A DNA stretch of 64,000 nucleotides from the NCBI RefSeq assembly GCF_009834535.1, contig NC_045697.1:33978001-34042000 (forward strand), in the 5' to 3' direction. A program made the translations under genes and the position numbers. This DNA comes from Camelus ferus (taxonomy: Eukaryota). The notes under the pieces were generated by a model that was not told the DNA's origin, searched no databases, and saw only the letters and a list, made by a program, of their open reading frames with translations. This document shows, piece by piece, positions 1 through 13,344 of the stretch. Each line of letters begins with the position of its first letter. Positions within the stretch are counted from its first letter, which is position 1.

Positions 1-1889
1 GAGTTTCTCTGCTTTTATAAATGAAGATAAAGATAAAAAGGATCAATCATATCCTTAAAAGACCCAGTAATTTTGATGTTTATTCCCCCAGAGGTTTCCA
101 TGAACTTATCAACTGAATTATTGGAATTCACTTAGGTCAATACAGTAACTTGTTTGTGGGGAACAAGCTCACTTTAGAAGTGGGTGCTGAAACATTCTAG
201 AATGGTCTTGGTCCAGGAATGAGCACTGCCTCCTCAGAGGCCAGCGCAGTCAAATTCCTCACTCACACCGGATGACTCAGGAGCGCTAAAGCAGCTCGCA
301 CGGGGGCTGCGGGCTGCGTCAGGTACTGCAGTGGCTGACACCACACTCTATGAAGTCTTCTACCTTAAATGAATGTCTGCTATCGACAAATGGGAGTGGA
401 CTGTATGAGCCACAAAGAATAGGCTCTCCAAGTTAAAAGATGGAAATAAATAGGAAAAGCGAACCATGAATAATTATCAAGATTTGAGAAGAAAGTTGAA
501 AACCTCTGCCAGATTTCATGAGAACTTTTTCTCTTTTTTACAGTTCAAAACAAGTCTTTTCAGAGTGAGTCGATCGTTTTTCACCCTTCGACTCATTCGG
601 AGTTCATTATATTATCACATATTGGTAATTTAATTTTACTATATTTAATATTTTAGGGTTGCTCTAACAGAGAGGAACGAGTGTCTTTGGCCTGTGCCTG
701 AGATCAATCATAAAGAGACATACTGTTGTTTTCTATTCTGTGAAGGAAAAAAAAATCATGGTGATTGTAGAAACCATGAGATGGGAAAGTTAATCACTGA
801 TCTTAAGCAGTTTTCTCCGGAATTAACCTCAGTGACAATGCTGCGCTGCAGAGGAAACACCTTGAGCCTTATTCAACATCAGTGCTCTTTGTAATGTGAC
901 ACTCTCTGCTGCCATTTTTCACTCATAGAAATAATCCATTCTAATAAAAACTATGATCAGAGTCATATCTGGGCCAAGAGTCAAAAGTCACTCATAGATT
1001 TATAGTGAGAATTAGAGAATTCCAATGGCAAATGGACATATGATAAGAGAATCAACTCTGCTGGCAATTGATGAGTTAACGCTTCATACCCATTTGACTG
1101 AGAGTTAAGAATATGTACAATGTGGGACAATCCATATACATTTTAAAAGGTGGACAACGTACCATCGTTTATGAATGTATAACTTAGAGAGTGAGGATGT
1201 TCTGGAAGCTGATAACCACCATTCCAAGAATGGATGACAAATAGCACTGAGATAGAAAACAGGTAAACAGGGATTTTCAACTGTATCCATACTGAATATG
1301 GAGAAGGAATACATGCTTGTTGTATTACTCTGTATATTTCCTCATATCTGATATATCACTATAATCATTAATATTACCTTCCCGATTTCAGTAAATGCCT
1401 TATCTATTATTCAGAGAAGCCCAGAGCCTCATGTCTATCATTTATTCCTGTACTCTTCTACCTCACAGCCACAATTCTGTGCACCAGAACGCTCCAATGT
1501 CTGTGGAATTCTTACCCTTCTCTGAGGTTCTAATGCCCCTTCTATCTCTTATCTGGCTTCTATGATAATGTGTTGTTAGCTGTATTTCCTGACCCTCTTG
1601 TGGATTCTTCTCTCCAGTTACATCTAATCCAACTGCTGCCAAAGAGAACTTTTCATCAAAGCATAGCTCTGATTAGATTACTTCCTCTACTCAGAAATCA
1701 TCAGTGGTCTGTGTATTACAGTTTAAATTATTAAATGTGAAATTTAAAGCCCCTCATGATCAAGAGCCAACTCATCTTTTCTGACCTTATGCAACTGTAG
1801 CCGCCACAGGAGAGTGATTACGTGCTTTGCTCTGAAGTTAGGTAGACCTGCTTTCAGGTCTCTATTCTTGGCTCTCTACTCTTCATCAT

Positions 1890-2330
1890 TGCCACAAATA
1901 TTGATTAAGCTCCTTGTAATGTTCCAAAAATTATTTGGAAAGCTGGAAATACACAAGTGAGCAAGAATATAAGGTTCCAGCTCTCACAGAACTTGTACAT
2001 CCTTTCAATAAGTACTTGTCAAGGGTCTACTATGTGCCAAGGAATTCTCCTGCTATTCGGGTACAGGGGCTACAGCTGTGACTAGAACAAACAAGTAAAT
2101 GAATAAGTAAGTGAGTGAATATATAAACACGAGTACATAATATGTAAGTATAGATCATTGCGATTAGTTTCAAGATTTGAAAGGGTATTGAGGGAACATC
2201 TAAGCTGCTGACATGGGTTGAAAGCTGGGGAAGAGCATTCTAAGAGACGGATTAGCAAGTGCAAATGCCCTTGGCAAGAATGGCAAGAATGAGCTTGGAC
2301 TTATTAGCGAAACAGGAAAGGACTACATGA
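1890..2330 (-). mobile_element. L2 LINE 3' fragments (old)
   Basis: Antisense L2 3'-end motifs: CAAATATTGATTAAGC, GTCTACTATGTGCCAAGG, GAAGAGCATTCTAAG...GTGCAAATGCCCT. Recognised from memory; boundaries approximate. Confidence 0.6.
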
Positions 2331-2671
2331 AGGAAGGGTGCTGTGACTTTCAGCAAGTTACTTCCTCCATCAACGCCTCTGTTCCTTCACCTCTGAAACG
2401 ATACCAATACTATACTTCATAATTTTGTAGTGAAGGTAAAATGAAATAATGCATGTGATGTGCTTAAAAAGTGGCATTAAATGCTCAGTCCATGGCAGCT
2501 CTTACCACCTTTGACACAACCACTGCTCTAGGACTTCATGATACAGGCCCCCCTCTCAAGTACTCCAAACGTCTTCTCTCCTTTCCAATCTATCTTTTGT
2601 TCATGAGTTCCATTTTTTGAAAAAGAAGTGTTATTTCCCCCCATCTTTATCTATCAAAATCCCACACATAT

Positions 2672-2914
2672 GTTTGTTTTCTATGTCTGTGAGTCAGTTT
2701 CTGTTTTAAAAATAAATTCATTTGTGTCATTTTTTTTTAGATACCACGTATCAGTGATACCATATGGTATTTTTCTTTCTCTCTCTGGTTTACTTCACCT
2801 AGTATGACAATCTCCAGGTCCATCCACGTTGCTGCAAATGGCATATAACTGAATCATGATGCTGTACACCAGAAATTAATGCAATATTATAAACCGACTA
2901 TACTTCAATTTAAA
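2672..2914. mobile_element. Short 5'-inverted (twin-primed) L1 insertion
   Basis: 2672-2843 is antisense L1 3' sequence (TTTCTATGTCTGTGAGTC...CATCCACGTTGCTGCAAATGGC). It is joined to a sense L1 terminus (ATAACTGAATCA...ACTATACTTCAATTTAAAAAAA). Flanks AAAATCCCACACATAT (2656-2671) and AAAATACCACTCATAT (2915-2930) match at 14/16. Confidence 0.8.
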
Positions 2915-3347
2915 AAAATACCACTCATATTTCAATATCATCTCTTCCATGAATCCTGCTCTAATTTCACCAGCCAAATCCATTTCTCATCTCTGGGCTT
3001 CTTTAATATTTCGTGAGCATCTCTTTTCTAGCCCAGATCACATTCCTCACTGTCTCACTTCCTTTACTAGGTTCTGAGCTTCTTTAGGATAGATAAAACC
3101 AAATGTTCAAATTTTTATTTTCAGCTCCAGCACCTGCACATGACATTACTTTGCCCAATTATATAAGTGCCTAATAAATATTTATCAAACTGAATTGGAG
3201 TTGAGTTAATTCAGTTCACCTTGGGCTTGTCACTTGAACTTTTCCATTATTGCTTAATTTATCGAGTGGTTTATGATTTTCTTTAACTTTTCCTAGAAAT
3301 AACATAGGCACACTGCTCTAAAACTACACTAGTTAGGAACTGATACA

Positions 3348-3953
3348 CAGTCAGTTCTCATTATTCATGGTAGTTATGTTTCATAAAGGTTAGCAAATAC
3401 TAAATCACTGCTCCTAAGAGTAACACAGGGTTAGGCTCCTGTGAACCCCTAGTTACATTTTTGGCAACCAATCAATACATTACCTTATTCAATATGTATT
3501 CCTGCTTAAAGACACCTTATTGAACACATATTGTTGGCTCATTAACACTGAACTCACAGCCAACACCACTATAACTTATGCTTGAGTTAAGTTTATCCAG
3601 TGCACCTATTTTTCCCATCAGGCACCTCACAGCCTTGTTGCATTTAAGATTATCAGACAGCTCATCATCACTATGCTGTGGCTTAAACAGCAACATCACC
3701 AATGAAGCACAAAAATATGAAAAATATGGCACTAAATATACTGCAATAAGACACTTGTTTACAGTATGAGCTGAAACAAGATTCCAGTTCATAGTCTTAT
3801 TCAATCTAAGCTGGGAACATGAATATTGGCCAACTCAAATTTTTCTCTGCTCTGCAAGAGTCCACACAAGGGCACAGAAGCACTGTAAGTTTTGATTTGG
3901 GGGTTACAAATAAATTTCCAAGTACAAAGTCCATGAATAATGAGGTTTGACTA
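3348..3953 (+). mobile_element. TcMar-Tigger non-autonomous DNA transposon (MER82-like)
   Basis: ~23-bp terminal inverted repeats CAGTCAGTTCTCATTATTCATGG ... CCATGAATAATGAGGTTTGACTA. The interior matches my recollection of MER82. Confidence 0.8.
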
Positions 3954-3964
3954 GATGTACCTCT

Positions 3965-4442
3965 GTGGTATGTTGTTACAGTAATGGTCCCATGTGAAGT
4001 CCTGCTTGCTTGTATCCCCATCCCTGTGTAATTCCCTTGCACATTGACTGGCTTTGTCCAGGTGACTTGCTTTGGCATAAAAGATGTTAGTAAATATGAA
4101 GCAATCAGAAGCATGAAAAGCCAGCCACTAGGGCTTGAACTCTTAGGATGCTGCTGCCATGTAAAGAAACCAGTAAGTACTACTGTGCCAGAGAGGAGGG
4201 GCTGAACAGACAGCCAGCATCCACCAGAAGACCTGTGAGTGAGGCCATCTTCGACCACCTGGCTGACCAGCCACAAGATCACTGTAGCCACATAAATCAC
4301 TCCAAGACACTCAATAAGAAAACTGCCCAGCTCAGACCATCTTAAATTGCTGAGCCATAGATTGTGAGCCAATAAAATGTTTCTTGTTTTAAGCCACTAA
4401 CTATTGTGGTAATTTGTTACAAAGTAATAGACAGATTGTACA
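3965..4442 (+). mobile_element. MaLR (MLT1-family) solo LTR
   Basis: TGTGG start. Characteristic MLT1 3' end AATAAAATG...TTGTTTTAAGCCACTAA...TGGTAATTTGTTAC...ACA. Confidence 0.75.
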
Positions 4443-6639
4443 GCCTCTGTATCCCTTGGGTCTATAATTTTAACAAGATTTTGAAAAAAACTTATGTACC
4501 TCAAAGAAATCTCTAGTTTATTTGCAAGCCACCGTACTATATCATCTTTAAAAATTTAAATCTCTCATATGTTGCTTATTAGAATGACTCCTTCTAGCTT
4601 CTCAAGGAAATCAAAGGACATTATGCCATCCAGACTCATCTTAAGCAATGTGATTGCCCAGGTTTCCCATAGGCGGCAAGGAAGAGCAATGTCCCCAGGA
4701 CAATTGCTTATTCCTCTGGTATCTCCCACTGGGAGCATTTCTGCAGCAAAGACTGCTCCCTCCCTCCCTTCCTTTTTACCTTCCTTCTTCTTTCCCTGTC
4801 TCCCTCTCTTCCTCCCTCCTCTCTCTCTCTTTTTTCTATCTGCAACTGTAAACCAAGTCTCTTTGACCTGTAAGAGTTTTTTAAACTCTCCTTAACTTCC
4901 ATTTCAGTTAGATTGCAAATTATGAGAACTAAAAATGTCTTATTTTACTGTAAGATTTCCAGCAGTGCCTACACTAGTATTTTTCATTTGTTATGGATGC
5001 ATGTGCATGCATACACAATAAAAGCTGAGGTGAAAAAAAGACTTGGGACTTCTTTTTCAAAAATGGAATTAGGAATGTAGGTAGATAAGACATACGGTGC
5101 AATAAAATATGTACATAAATATATGACTATAATAATGAACTGTTATTTAATACCTTGCTTATAAACTGTTTATAACATTTTTTATTTTGACTTTTTTTAT
5201 TCTTTTACATTAAGCCTGACAGCTACAAAATCATACTAAAGATTGCGGTGTTTTTATACTTATTTTGTGTAAAGAAAGAGCTATGAAAGGAATTAAGACG
5301 GACACGACTTTTGGAACATTCAAGAACAAACTTGTAGACTTTGAAATTTCAGGACTCTAAATGTTTCACTTAACTGATTTAGAAGGGTTTTTGCTAAAAA
5401 CCAGACTCAGCGATAACAGACACAGAAGGCAAATGTCAAGGGTGGACTTGAGAAGAGGGCTCAGAAAGGCCTCATTCAAGTTTGGTCAAGGAGTATTTTG
5501 ATCCTATATGAAACCCCAGCCAGCCTTTCGTTCCTTTGAGGTATTTCTCAGTAGTGAACATTCTCCTTGTTATCATAACCTGAATAAAATCATCTTGATT
5601 TTTCCATTCATCTTGTCTTGAACAATAACAGGAGTGTTTGCCTATTTTTATTACCCTGGAGCAGACATTCTCAACCTTAGCCCATAGTGAGATATTAGGA
5701 GTTCCTGGCCCCTAGAATTGTGGACTGAACTGTGTGAGATGCAAATTTCTGGGGACTAAAGATTTCATGCAGGGTGTTCATCAAATTTTCAGGCAAATGT
5801 GTGTCCTCATAACAATTTAAGATGCACTGATAAATGTTTTTCATGCTTCAGGTTTGTTTTGAGTGTGGGATGGGATTAATTCTGTGTAATTTAACTCAGA
5901 ATAGATTTATTTTCTGTTTTCTTTGGCAAGGTTCAAATTCACAGGTATTTCTTTTTTCTCTTTTGGTGAGAGAAGACTGAAGAATAGGTAAGAAGATAAG
6001 TTAATTTGCAGAAATTCTAGGTGTCTTAAGCACAGAATAATAATTCAATGTTAATTCTAGGAGGTTAGACAATCTTCATAAAACACAGTTTAGGTGAAGT
6101 GAAGGTAAAAGCACCTCTCTTAGGGCATTGTAGCCAATAGAGTCTGTTTCCATTTATATGGCTTCCATTGTCCTTTTAAATTCTCATTAGCTCTGTTGAT
6201 CACCATGAACTCCTGCAGCACAAGTTTATAGTTCATGCAAACCTTACTTGTTTAACTTTTCCACAGAAGTTTCTTCAAGTAAATGCTTATGCACTGGGTC
6301 TGAATATGCAACCACAAATATTAATTATCAAAAGTTATCACATATTTTGTTTTTTCCAGATCAGGATAAATCTAGCTTCAAACCCCCATCGCAGTGCACT
6401 GGGTGAGAATTCAATCTCATATATTTCCAGGGCTATTCCCACTACCCAGGAGTGGACAACAGGGCAGGGATTACATCCATTCATTCAACACCTGCTGTTA
6501 AGCCTGGTACCAGGCGTATCGTGATCCTCACCATCCAGCACTGCATATACAAGAAATAATTTTTCTCCATGGTGTTTATTTCAATCTGACAATATCATGT
6601 ATCTCATTCATTTTTATTGTCTATTTCCACACTCACTGT

Positions 6640-6795
6640 CCTCCTCCAACCTCCTGCTGCTGCCACCCACTAACCAGATCCAAAAGGAGCCCAGAGGGCA
6701 TAAGAGCCCTCTGAACATTCCATACAAGGCAGCATCCTGGGGCACAAAGGAGAGAGACTGGGTCCGGAGAGGCAAATGGAAAACATCAAACACAC
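6640..6795 (-). mobile_element. ERVL LTR fragment (LTR33-like)
   Basis: Reverse-complement similarity to the start of the LTR at 20885 (GGAGAGGCAAATGGAA vs TTCCATTTGCCCCTCC; CCTGGGGCAC vs GCCCCAGG). Confidence 0.55.
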
Positions 6796-7306
6796 TTTCT
6801 AACTCTATTGCATTGTGCCTTAAATACCATCAGTTTGGGTGTAGTGGGTCTTGCAAGCCTGGTTCAAGTGGAGAATACACCTAGAACTTCCTTATTGCCA
6901 GCATAGGGGTCTGTGCCCATAGTGTGGTGGGGGAGGGAGGGGGGAAAGTATTAAGGAGGTGAAGAAGAACAGAAGGAGACTTCAAAAACTCTAATACATT
7001 ACACATAAAGAGAGAATTGAGGTTAATATATGCTTAATTCAGGAACCAGTGTCTGATAGTTTTTTTAAGGGAATTATCCTTGACCAGAGATATTTATATA
7101 ACTCTGTGATATTACATAATATTATGTAATACTGGTTCTTTCTGTCCTTGGACTGCAACCCACAGAAACCCTCTGTCAGTGAGGTTGAGTCATAATGAGA
7201 TTCTTCTAGAATGATGCAGTGGACAGAGCAAAGGCTTTAACGCAGACTCATCTGTGTGAGATTGAGTAAATTATTTAACCCCTCAAAGGAGCCCAAGTTC
7301 TTCTTG

Positions 7307-7528
7307 GATGCAGCCACAAGGAGAAGGGAATGCCTAACTTCAGAAGCCACCAGAAATGAGATTTGTCAAGGAAGGGAATCCCTGCTAGAGACTCAGGAGT
7401 GAGTGTGGCCCTGCAAACACCTTGATTTCAGGATTCTGGCTTCCAGAAATGTAGGAGAATACACTTCTGTAGTTTTAAGCCACCATATGTGTGGTAATTG
7501 GTGACAACAGCAATAGGAAGCCAATACA
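7307..7528 (+). mobile_element. MaLR (MLT1) LTR 3' half
   Basis: GGCCCTGCAAACACCTTGATTTCAGGATTCTGGCTTCCAGAA...TTTAAGCCACC...GCAATAGGAAGCCAATACA. Confidence 0.8.
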
Positions 7529-7884
7529 TTGTCCTTACAAGTGATGGCTGATTAGATTGTGCTAGCTTTCAAAGGTGACATTTGGTAAAATGAATTGAGG
7601 TTAACAAAGAGAAAGAGGGTGCTGCCAGTGAACTATATGAGTGTGTGTGTAGGGAAGGGTTGGATAACAGGAAAGAGGGAAGTCAAGTTTTGAAGTAGGC
7701 AGCGCCAATGGGAAGCTAAATGCTGCTGGAGGGGCTGCCCCCTGGATCAGTCCATAAACCACCGCCAGGAGTACAATGCTACTGTTGCTTCTGGAAAGTG
7801 ATAAAAAGATGTTGGTTCACAAAATCAGAAATTTACTGGTTGGTATTTGAAACTGACTCCCAGAAAGAGAAGGCAAGGAGAACC

Positions 7885-8228
7885 TGAATAAAGAAAGAGG
7901 CAGACCACTCCAGATTGGTAGGTGGCCGTGCTTATTAAGCAAAGAAACTTACCTGTGAAGCTTGTCTTGGGCAGCCACAAGATGAGTAGATCTCCGCACA
8001 CATCCCCCAGAATTCGGAAACTTTATAGAGAGGCCTTTAGTGGGTTCAGTCACATATTCTATCCAAACAACTTTCTCAAGGCTGCATCCTTGAAAACGGC
8101 TTTGGTTCCGGGAACAGTGGGTAGAAAGTACGTTCCAAGGATGAGGAGGGGCTAGGGAGCCTCCAAATGCCTGGGTCCAGCTCAAGGGTCAGCCAGCAGT
8201 CACGTCCTCTCAGTGGGCTCCTCCAACA
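7885..8228 (-). mobile_element. ERV solo LTR (ERV1-like)
   Basis: On the minus strand it begins TGTTGGAGGAG and ends ...TTCA. It has a TATA-like TATAAA (~8023-8028) and an AATAA-like signal downstream, is ~345 bp, and retains CpGs. No clean TSD. Confidence 0.6.
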
Positions 8229-10129
8229 AAAGCCCACCCAGATACACTCACAGAGATAAGAAGGACCTCAAGACTTTCAGTGATGGGGGCTTGAGGGAGA
8301 TATAGTAGCATGGAGAGAGAGGATGCTCAGTGGCCCCTGTCTTGAAGAGGCTGAAAATTCAGTGACTGTGAAGACACAGATTTAGTTCTGACCTGAGCAG
8401 AAAGATATCATTTGGAGGAAGCTGACCAGGGACACAGTTTCATGGGTCAAATCAAAGAAAGCACGAATACCAATGCCTAACGTTTGAGCTTGCTCAGTAT
8501 TTTCTCTCATGAGTCTCTGTTGTCTCCTAACAATGGAGGGCAGGTCTCCATTCCAGTGGTTAGAAATGCCAGTGTCTAAAACAATGCCTGGAGCACTAAG
8601 TATTCGCCAATTGTTTGTTGAAAGAGTGAGCTCCCAGGGGAACCCATCTTGGGCATTTATGTCCTAGGGGTGGGGAGAGGGTTCTAAAAAACCCTCAAAT
8701 GAGGGACGATTGTATGGAATTTGGCCTTTATTGTCTTAGAAACACCTTCTAAATACTCGGTGGAAGATAGCCAAAGGGGCTGCCCAATTCCACATAATGG
8801 ACCCTTATTTTGAGGGTTTTGTCAGATTGGGGCTCTTACTGAGGCTGGATTTATAAGGTAAAAAGGCTTTAAGATCTTCTATACCTGCCAGTTCAGTCCA
8901 CAGTTTAAAAACAGAATCTCTAGAGCTAAGGATAAGCATCACAGTGCTGACTCAGAAGCAAAAGTTCTCGAGTCCCAATCCTTTGTTCCTTCCTAAAGCC
9001 ACACTGGCACTGGTGAGGTTTTAAAAGCTAATGGAAGATTCCTAGCAATTTTGTAATAATTAAGGCCTTTGTTTGTTGTTGTTGTTAAAACAAGAGTGCA
9101 TGATGTTTAGTAAAATTGACTTTTTCCATAAGAGAAGTTTAAAATAAATTAGCTATTTCAAGAGACTCGTAGTTGTCAGCAAATTGAAGTGTCATATGCT
9201 AACTCAAATCACTGTAACGCTCCGTGTTAGTCATTTGACTTCCTTGGGCCCCAGTCCTTTCATCTGTAAAATAAGGAGGTTGAAAAAATAATTATAGCCA
9301 TGTTAATAGTTGCCAATGGTCTAGAAACCTATGACTCAATCACTAAAAGCTGAAAGTGTTCTCCTTTTATGATGATAAATCACTTCCTTTCTGCTGTAAA
9401 TGTACTTACAAGGAAATCAAAATTTACTGGATGGCAGTGCTTTTTAATATTGAACAATGGAAAGTGACAATGCAGTGGTTATCTGGGCAGTGTCACCCTG
9501 GAGACGGACAGATCCAAGGAGGATTTGAGGGACTAGATTAACTTTTGGTATTGACCAGACAAATACTGCGAGCTCTTTGAGTACATGAACCATGCTTATG
9601 TCATACCTGAAATATAACATCAGACACTCGTGTTCACTGTGAAGGCCCCAGTGTTAGACCTTATTTCCAGACACAAGCACAACAAAGAAAACTACAGTTA
9701 CTTACAGACTTTCAGCGTTGTATCCATGCTCAACTCTGTTGTAGTTTCAGTGAAGGTTTTCCATGGCAACGCATTGCTGATAGTCATAATTATAGCACAT
9801 TGTATTTTTGGAATATTATATCCAAGTTTCCAGTATCTTTAAGCTCTGTGTGTGGAGCATCTTATCTTTTCTGATAATTGCCGACAAAGTAGTAGGTACT
9901 ATTCGAGTCTACAAAAATGGAGGAAGCAGGCTGTAAACTTGACTGTGAATTTGGGTTTTGTCCATGGTACTAAAGTTAACTTATCTCTCATCTGTCACTA
10001 GAGCATCAGGGCCAAGGGCCCTTCTGGTGCTTTTAACAAACTTCCAACTCTGAAATCTCACAACCAGAGCCGCTTTCCTCCACCCTTCGAACACAGTAGT
10101 CATCATCTTAGTCCTCGAGGGTGATAAAA

Positions 10130-10930
10130 CTGGCTTCTGACACTTCTTTCACTGAGATCACCCAGGACTCTTGTAGATCCAGGTAACTATTTTTAGTTTT
10201 CATTCTGTTAGGCATATTTTAGACATTTACATAGGTATCTATTTTCACCATTATTTGGTTTTTGAGGTAGAACTTTCCTACTTCTTCTCTTTATTTTATT
10301 GCCTATTCCTCATCCTCTAACAATGCTTTGACTGTTAATCTTCTCCAGGTTTCCATACCAGCTCTCTTATTTGAGCCATCCATGATCGCTCACTTTTGTG
10401 ACTTTAAAAATCACCTTTTTGCTAAAAATTCTTATCTGTCATCTAAACCTTAAACTTGACTACACGTATCTCCATCTGGACTACTGGCACACATTTCAGA
10501 TTCAGCACTTAATGCACGTTGTAAGTTCCAAAATGGAACTCTTAAGCTTCTCCTACGAGCCTGCTCCATCTCCAACACATAACATCTCTGATATTAGTAC
10601 CCACATCTATCCTATCTTTCAGACATCATCAGACAAACTCCAGTCCTCATAGTATATCCCATGGGTGATCAAATTCTTCAGATTCTACCTCAGAAATGCT
10701 TCTCAAATTACTTTTCTTGTCTCCATCCCTACTTCCTCTGCCATAACTCAGATTATTATCTCCCTTTTTAATTTTTATGATCCTTATCCTCTTCCCATTT
10801 TCTCTCTCTACTTTCAACAATTTGTCATACCCCTGCCAGTCACTGCCCTACAAAATGAAGCTAATGGCATTACTCTCCTACTTAAAAACCTAACTGAACC
10901 TTCAGTAATTTGGAGTAAAATTCTAAAAAA
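10130..10930 (+). mobile_element. Degenerate L2 LINE
   Basis: Pyrimidine-rich L2-type motifs (CCAAAATGGAACTCTTAAGCTTCTCC, ATTCTACCTCAGAAAT, ACTCTCCTACTTAAAAACCT). Confidence 0.55.
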
Positions 10931-13344
10931 TGCACTTGACATGAGAGGGGGTTTGCAATCTGGCGCAACCCATTTCTAACATCATCTTTGCCACTTGGTC
11001 AAACATTTAGTACAAACTTCTTTAACTACCCTTTCATATCCAAACTTTTTCAGGAATCTACTTTTTTGAACAAATTCTTTGTTCATGATGCATGCAACTT
11101 CTCAACAGAACATTTTCTTATTATTTGAGGAATGGTTAGCTGCTCCTGTTCTAAGTTCTCAGAGTTTTTTAGTTTGTATATATGTAAGTACCAACTTACC
11201 AAATTGTACTGTCATTTCTTCAGTTATGTCAACTGACACCACTGAACTGTATTAATTTATCAATGTCTACGTACAAGATTTTCGACAAATCTAAAAAGTG
11301 GAATCTGATATGTAGAACTTTTCAAAAATTACATACTAATTACACTTTATGGTGTTTTAAAAATACTATCGTTTCAAATTGGCATATAGTAAGTTTACTA
11401 GACATTTATAGCTTATAAATCTACTATAAGAGTATTTAATGGCCAGTCAAGAAATTGCATTTAACATTACTAATGCACTCTTGAAGAATAAACTCCATGT
11501 CTTCTATTTTTCCCTGAAATATTTACTTTTTGAAACCTACGTTTGTTACAAAATATTACTTGAATTGTGACCTAATAATAAGAAAATTTTAAACATGGAA
11601 CATCTTCTTCACAATTTTTAATGGAAGATTTCCATGGGAGTGATAAATTACTTTAAATGATAACTATGCAGTTGTTCATAAGAACTTAATAAAGCATAAT
11701 GCAATGTTTCCTCACTCTAAAATATGGCAGAAACTCCATCACTTAAGGTTTGCTATGCTTCTCCAAGTTCAAAAGCAAATGGTCTATTTCATTACTTTAC
11801 TTTTTTTTTGAAAGAAACCTATTTTCTTCTTTTTGTAAAAAGTTTCTTTGCTTTTGCTGTTTTGTAAGACTTTGTTGATGGTAAAATTCCTGCTTTACAC
11901 TTAAGTTATCTAATTCAGAGCATTTGAAAGGAAGGAAAAATTCTCCTTTACCATATTAACATCTCAGATCTGAACATGTATTTTGATATGGCCACATGCA
12001 CAGTTCAAATTCTCCCTTCACTTTATGAACATGTCCAGATGTGGGCATAAATTTTGACTTTACTACATTCTTGATTTTCAGTGCATCCTTAAGCAGCAGT
12101 AATTGAGATCCATAAATGAGAACTATCTAGCAGTAAGGTCTTTGGAAACACAGAGCAAAGAACAATTCATTCTGACCAAAGGAAATGGAAGATAAACATT
12201 TTAATTTGGAAGACAATGTAATTAATCTATATTACTTTGTATTAATTGATTCATGCAATAAATATCAATTCCATTCTAAGATAAATACTCTTTTACCTTC
12301 AAAATATTAATATGTGAATGCATAAGCAGGTGGCAAGAAGAACAAGAAATATAAACGATAGGTAGTTGATGGATGACAGATACCTAGATAGCTAGATAGC
12401 TAGACAGAGAGAGAGAGATAGACAGCCAAAACTACACAGATGATTGATGAGAGATTGCTTCTTAATTTTACAAAATGTTTTAATATTGTAATAATAGAAC
12501 CCCAACATGGTGTTAGATTTTTAAAAATTAGGAGGAAATCTTCAATGGAATAAGAATTGAGATTTTAAATGTATTTATTCTTTTATGAGCATCCCAGCAA
12601 AATTGCAAGCTGTAGGTAATATTATCTCAGTTTTTGTATAACCAGATGTTCATATGGAGAGCAACTAATTTGGATTCATATTTCATATTTTACATTGCAA
12701 TAAATTTTGATCCTGTCTTACAACAGGATCAAAAAACATGTAATTTATTTTGTAAAACAGAGAAGAAAATACAAGAGCATATTTAAATGATACAGAAGAA
12801 AGAGAAACTCCAGTCAAGAAATGAAGGTTATTAGAGACAAAATAGATGTGCCTGTACATAGAAAGGAAACTTTTTTTACTGTAAAATGCAGAATGAAGGA
12901 AACATAACAGATAAACATAGCTGATAAATTTTCACTATTCAAAGTATAGAGAAAACTGAGATTAATATATATGGTCAATAATGCAATTTCTGTTTAATAA
13001 GTGATCAAAAATAGTATATGAATGAGAATACAGAACATTAGGTTATAAATTGCCTATGACAGCACAAACAGAACCAGCTTTTAGAAGTAATAGGGCATTA
13101 AAACAGACTCTGAGAATTCTCTTATGGCCTTTGTCTGAATAGCTCTGCTTCAGAAAATATACCTCAAGAGATAAGCTGAGAATGATTAACCAAAAAAATC
13201 TGTTTATTCTGAATGAAAAATTGAAGACATTTTAAATTCTGAAAAATAGTGGAATAAATGCTATAGTATGAAATAACAAGTATATGAATTATGGCAATGC
13301 TAGGAAATGTTTATATAAAATTATATTGAGTAAGAGGCTCATTA

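Noticed and set aside
3806..4372. 188-aa minus-strand ORF
   Set aside because: Lies antisense across an MLT1 LTR and the MER82-like element; no recognisable domain.
4569..4902. ORFs over the CT-rich tract (also 56564-56746)
   Set aside because: Low-complexity purine/pyrimidine tracts lack stops by composition.
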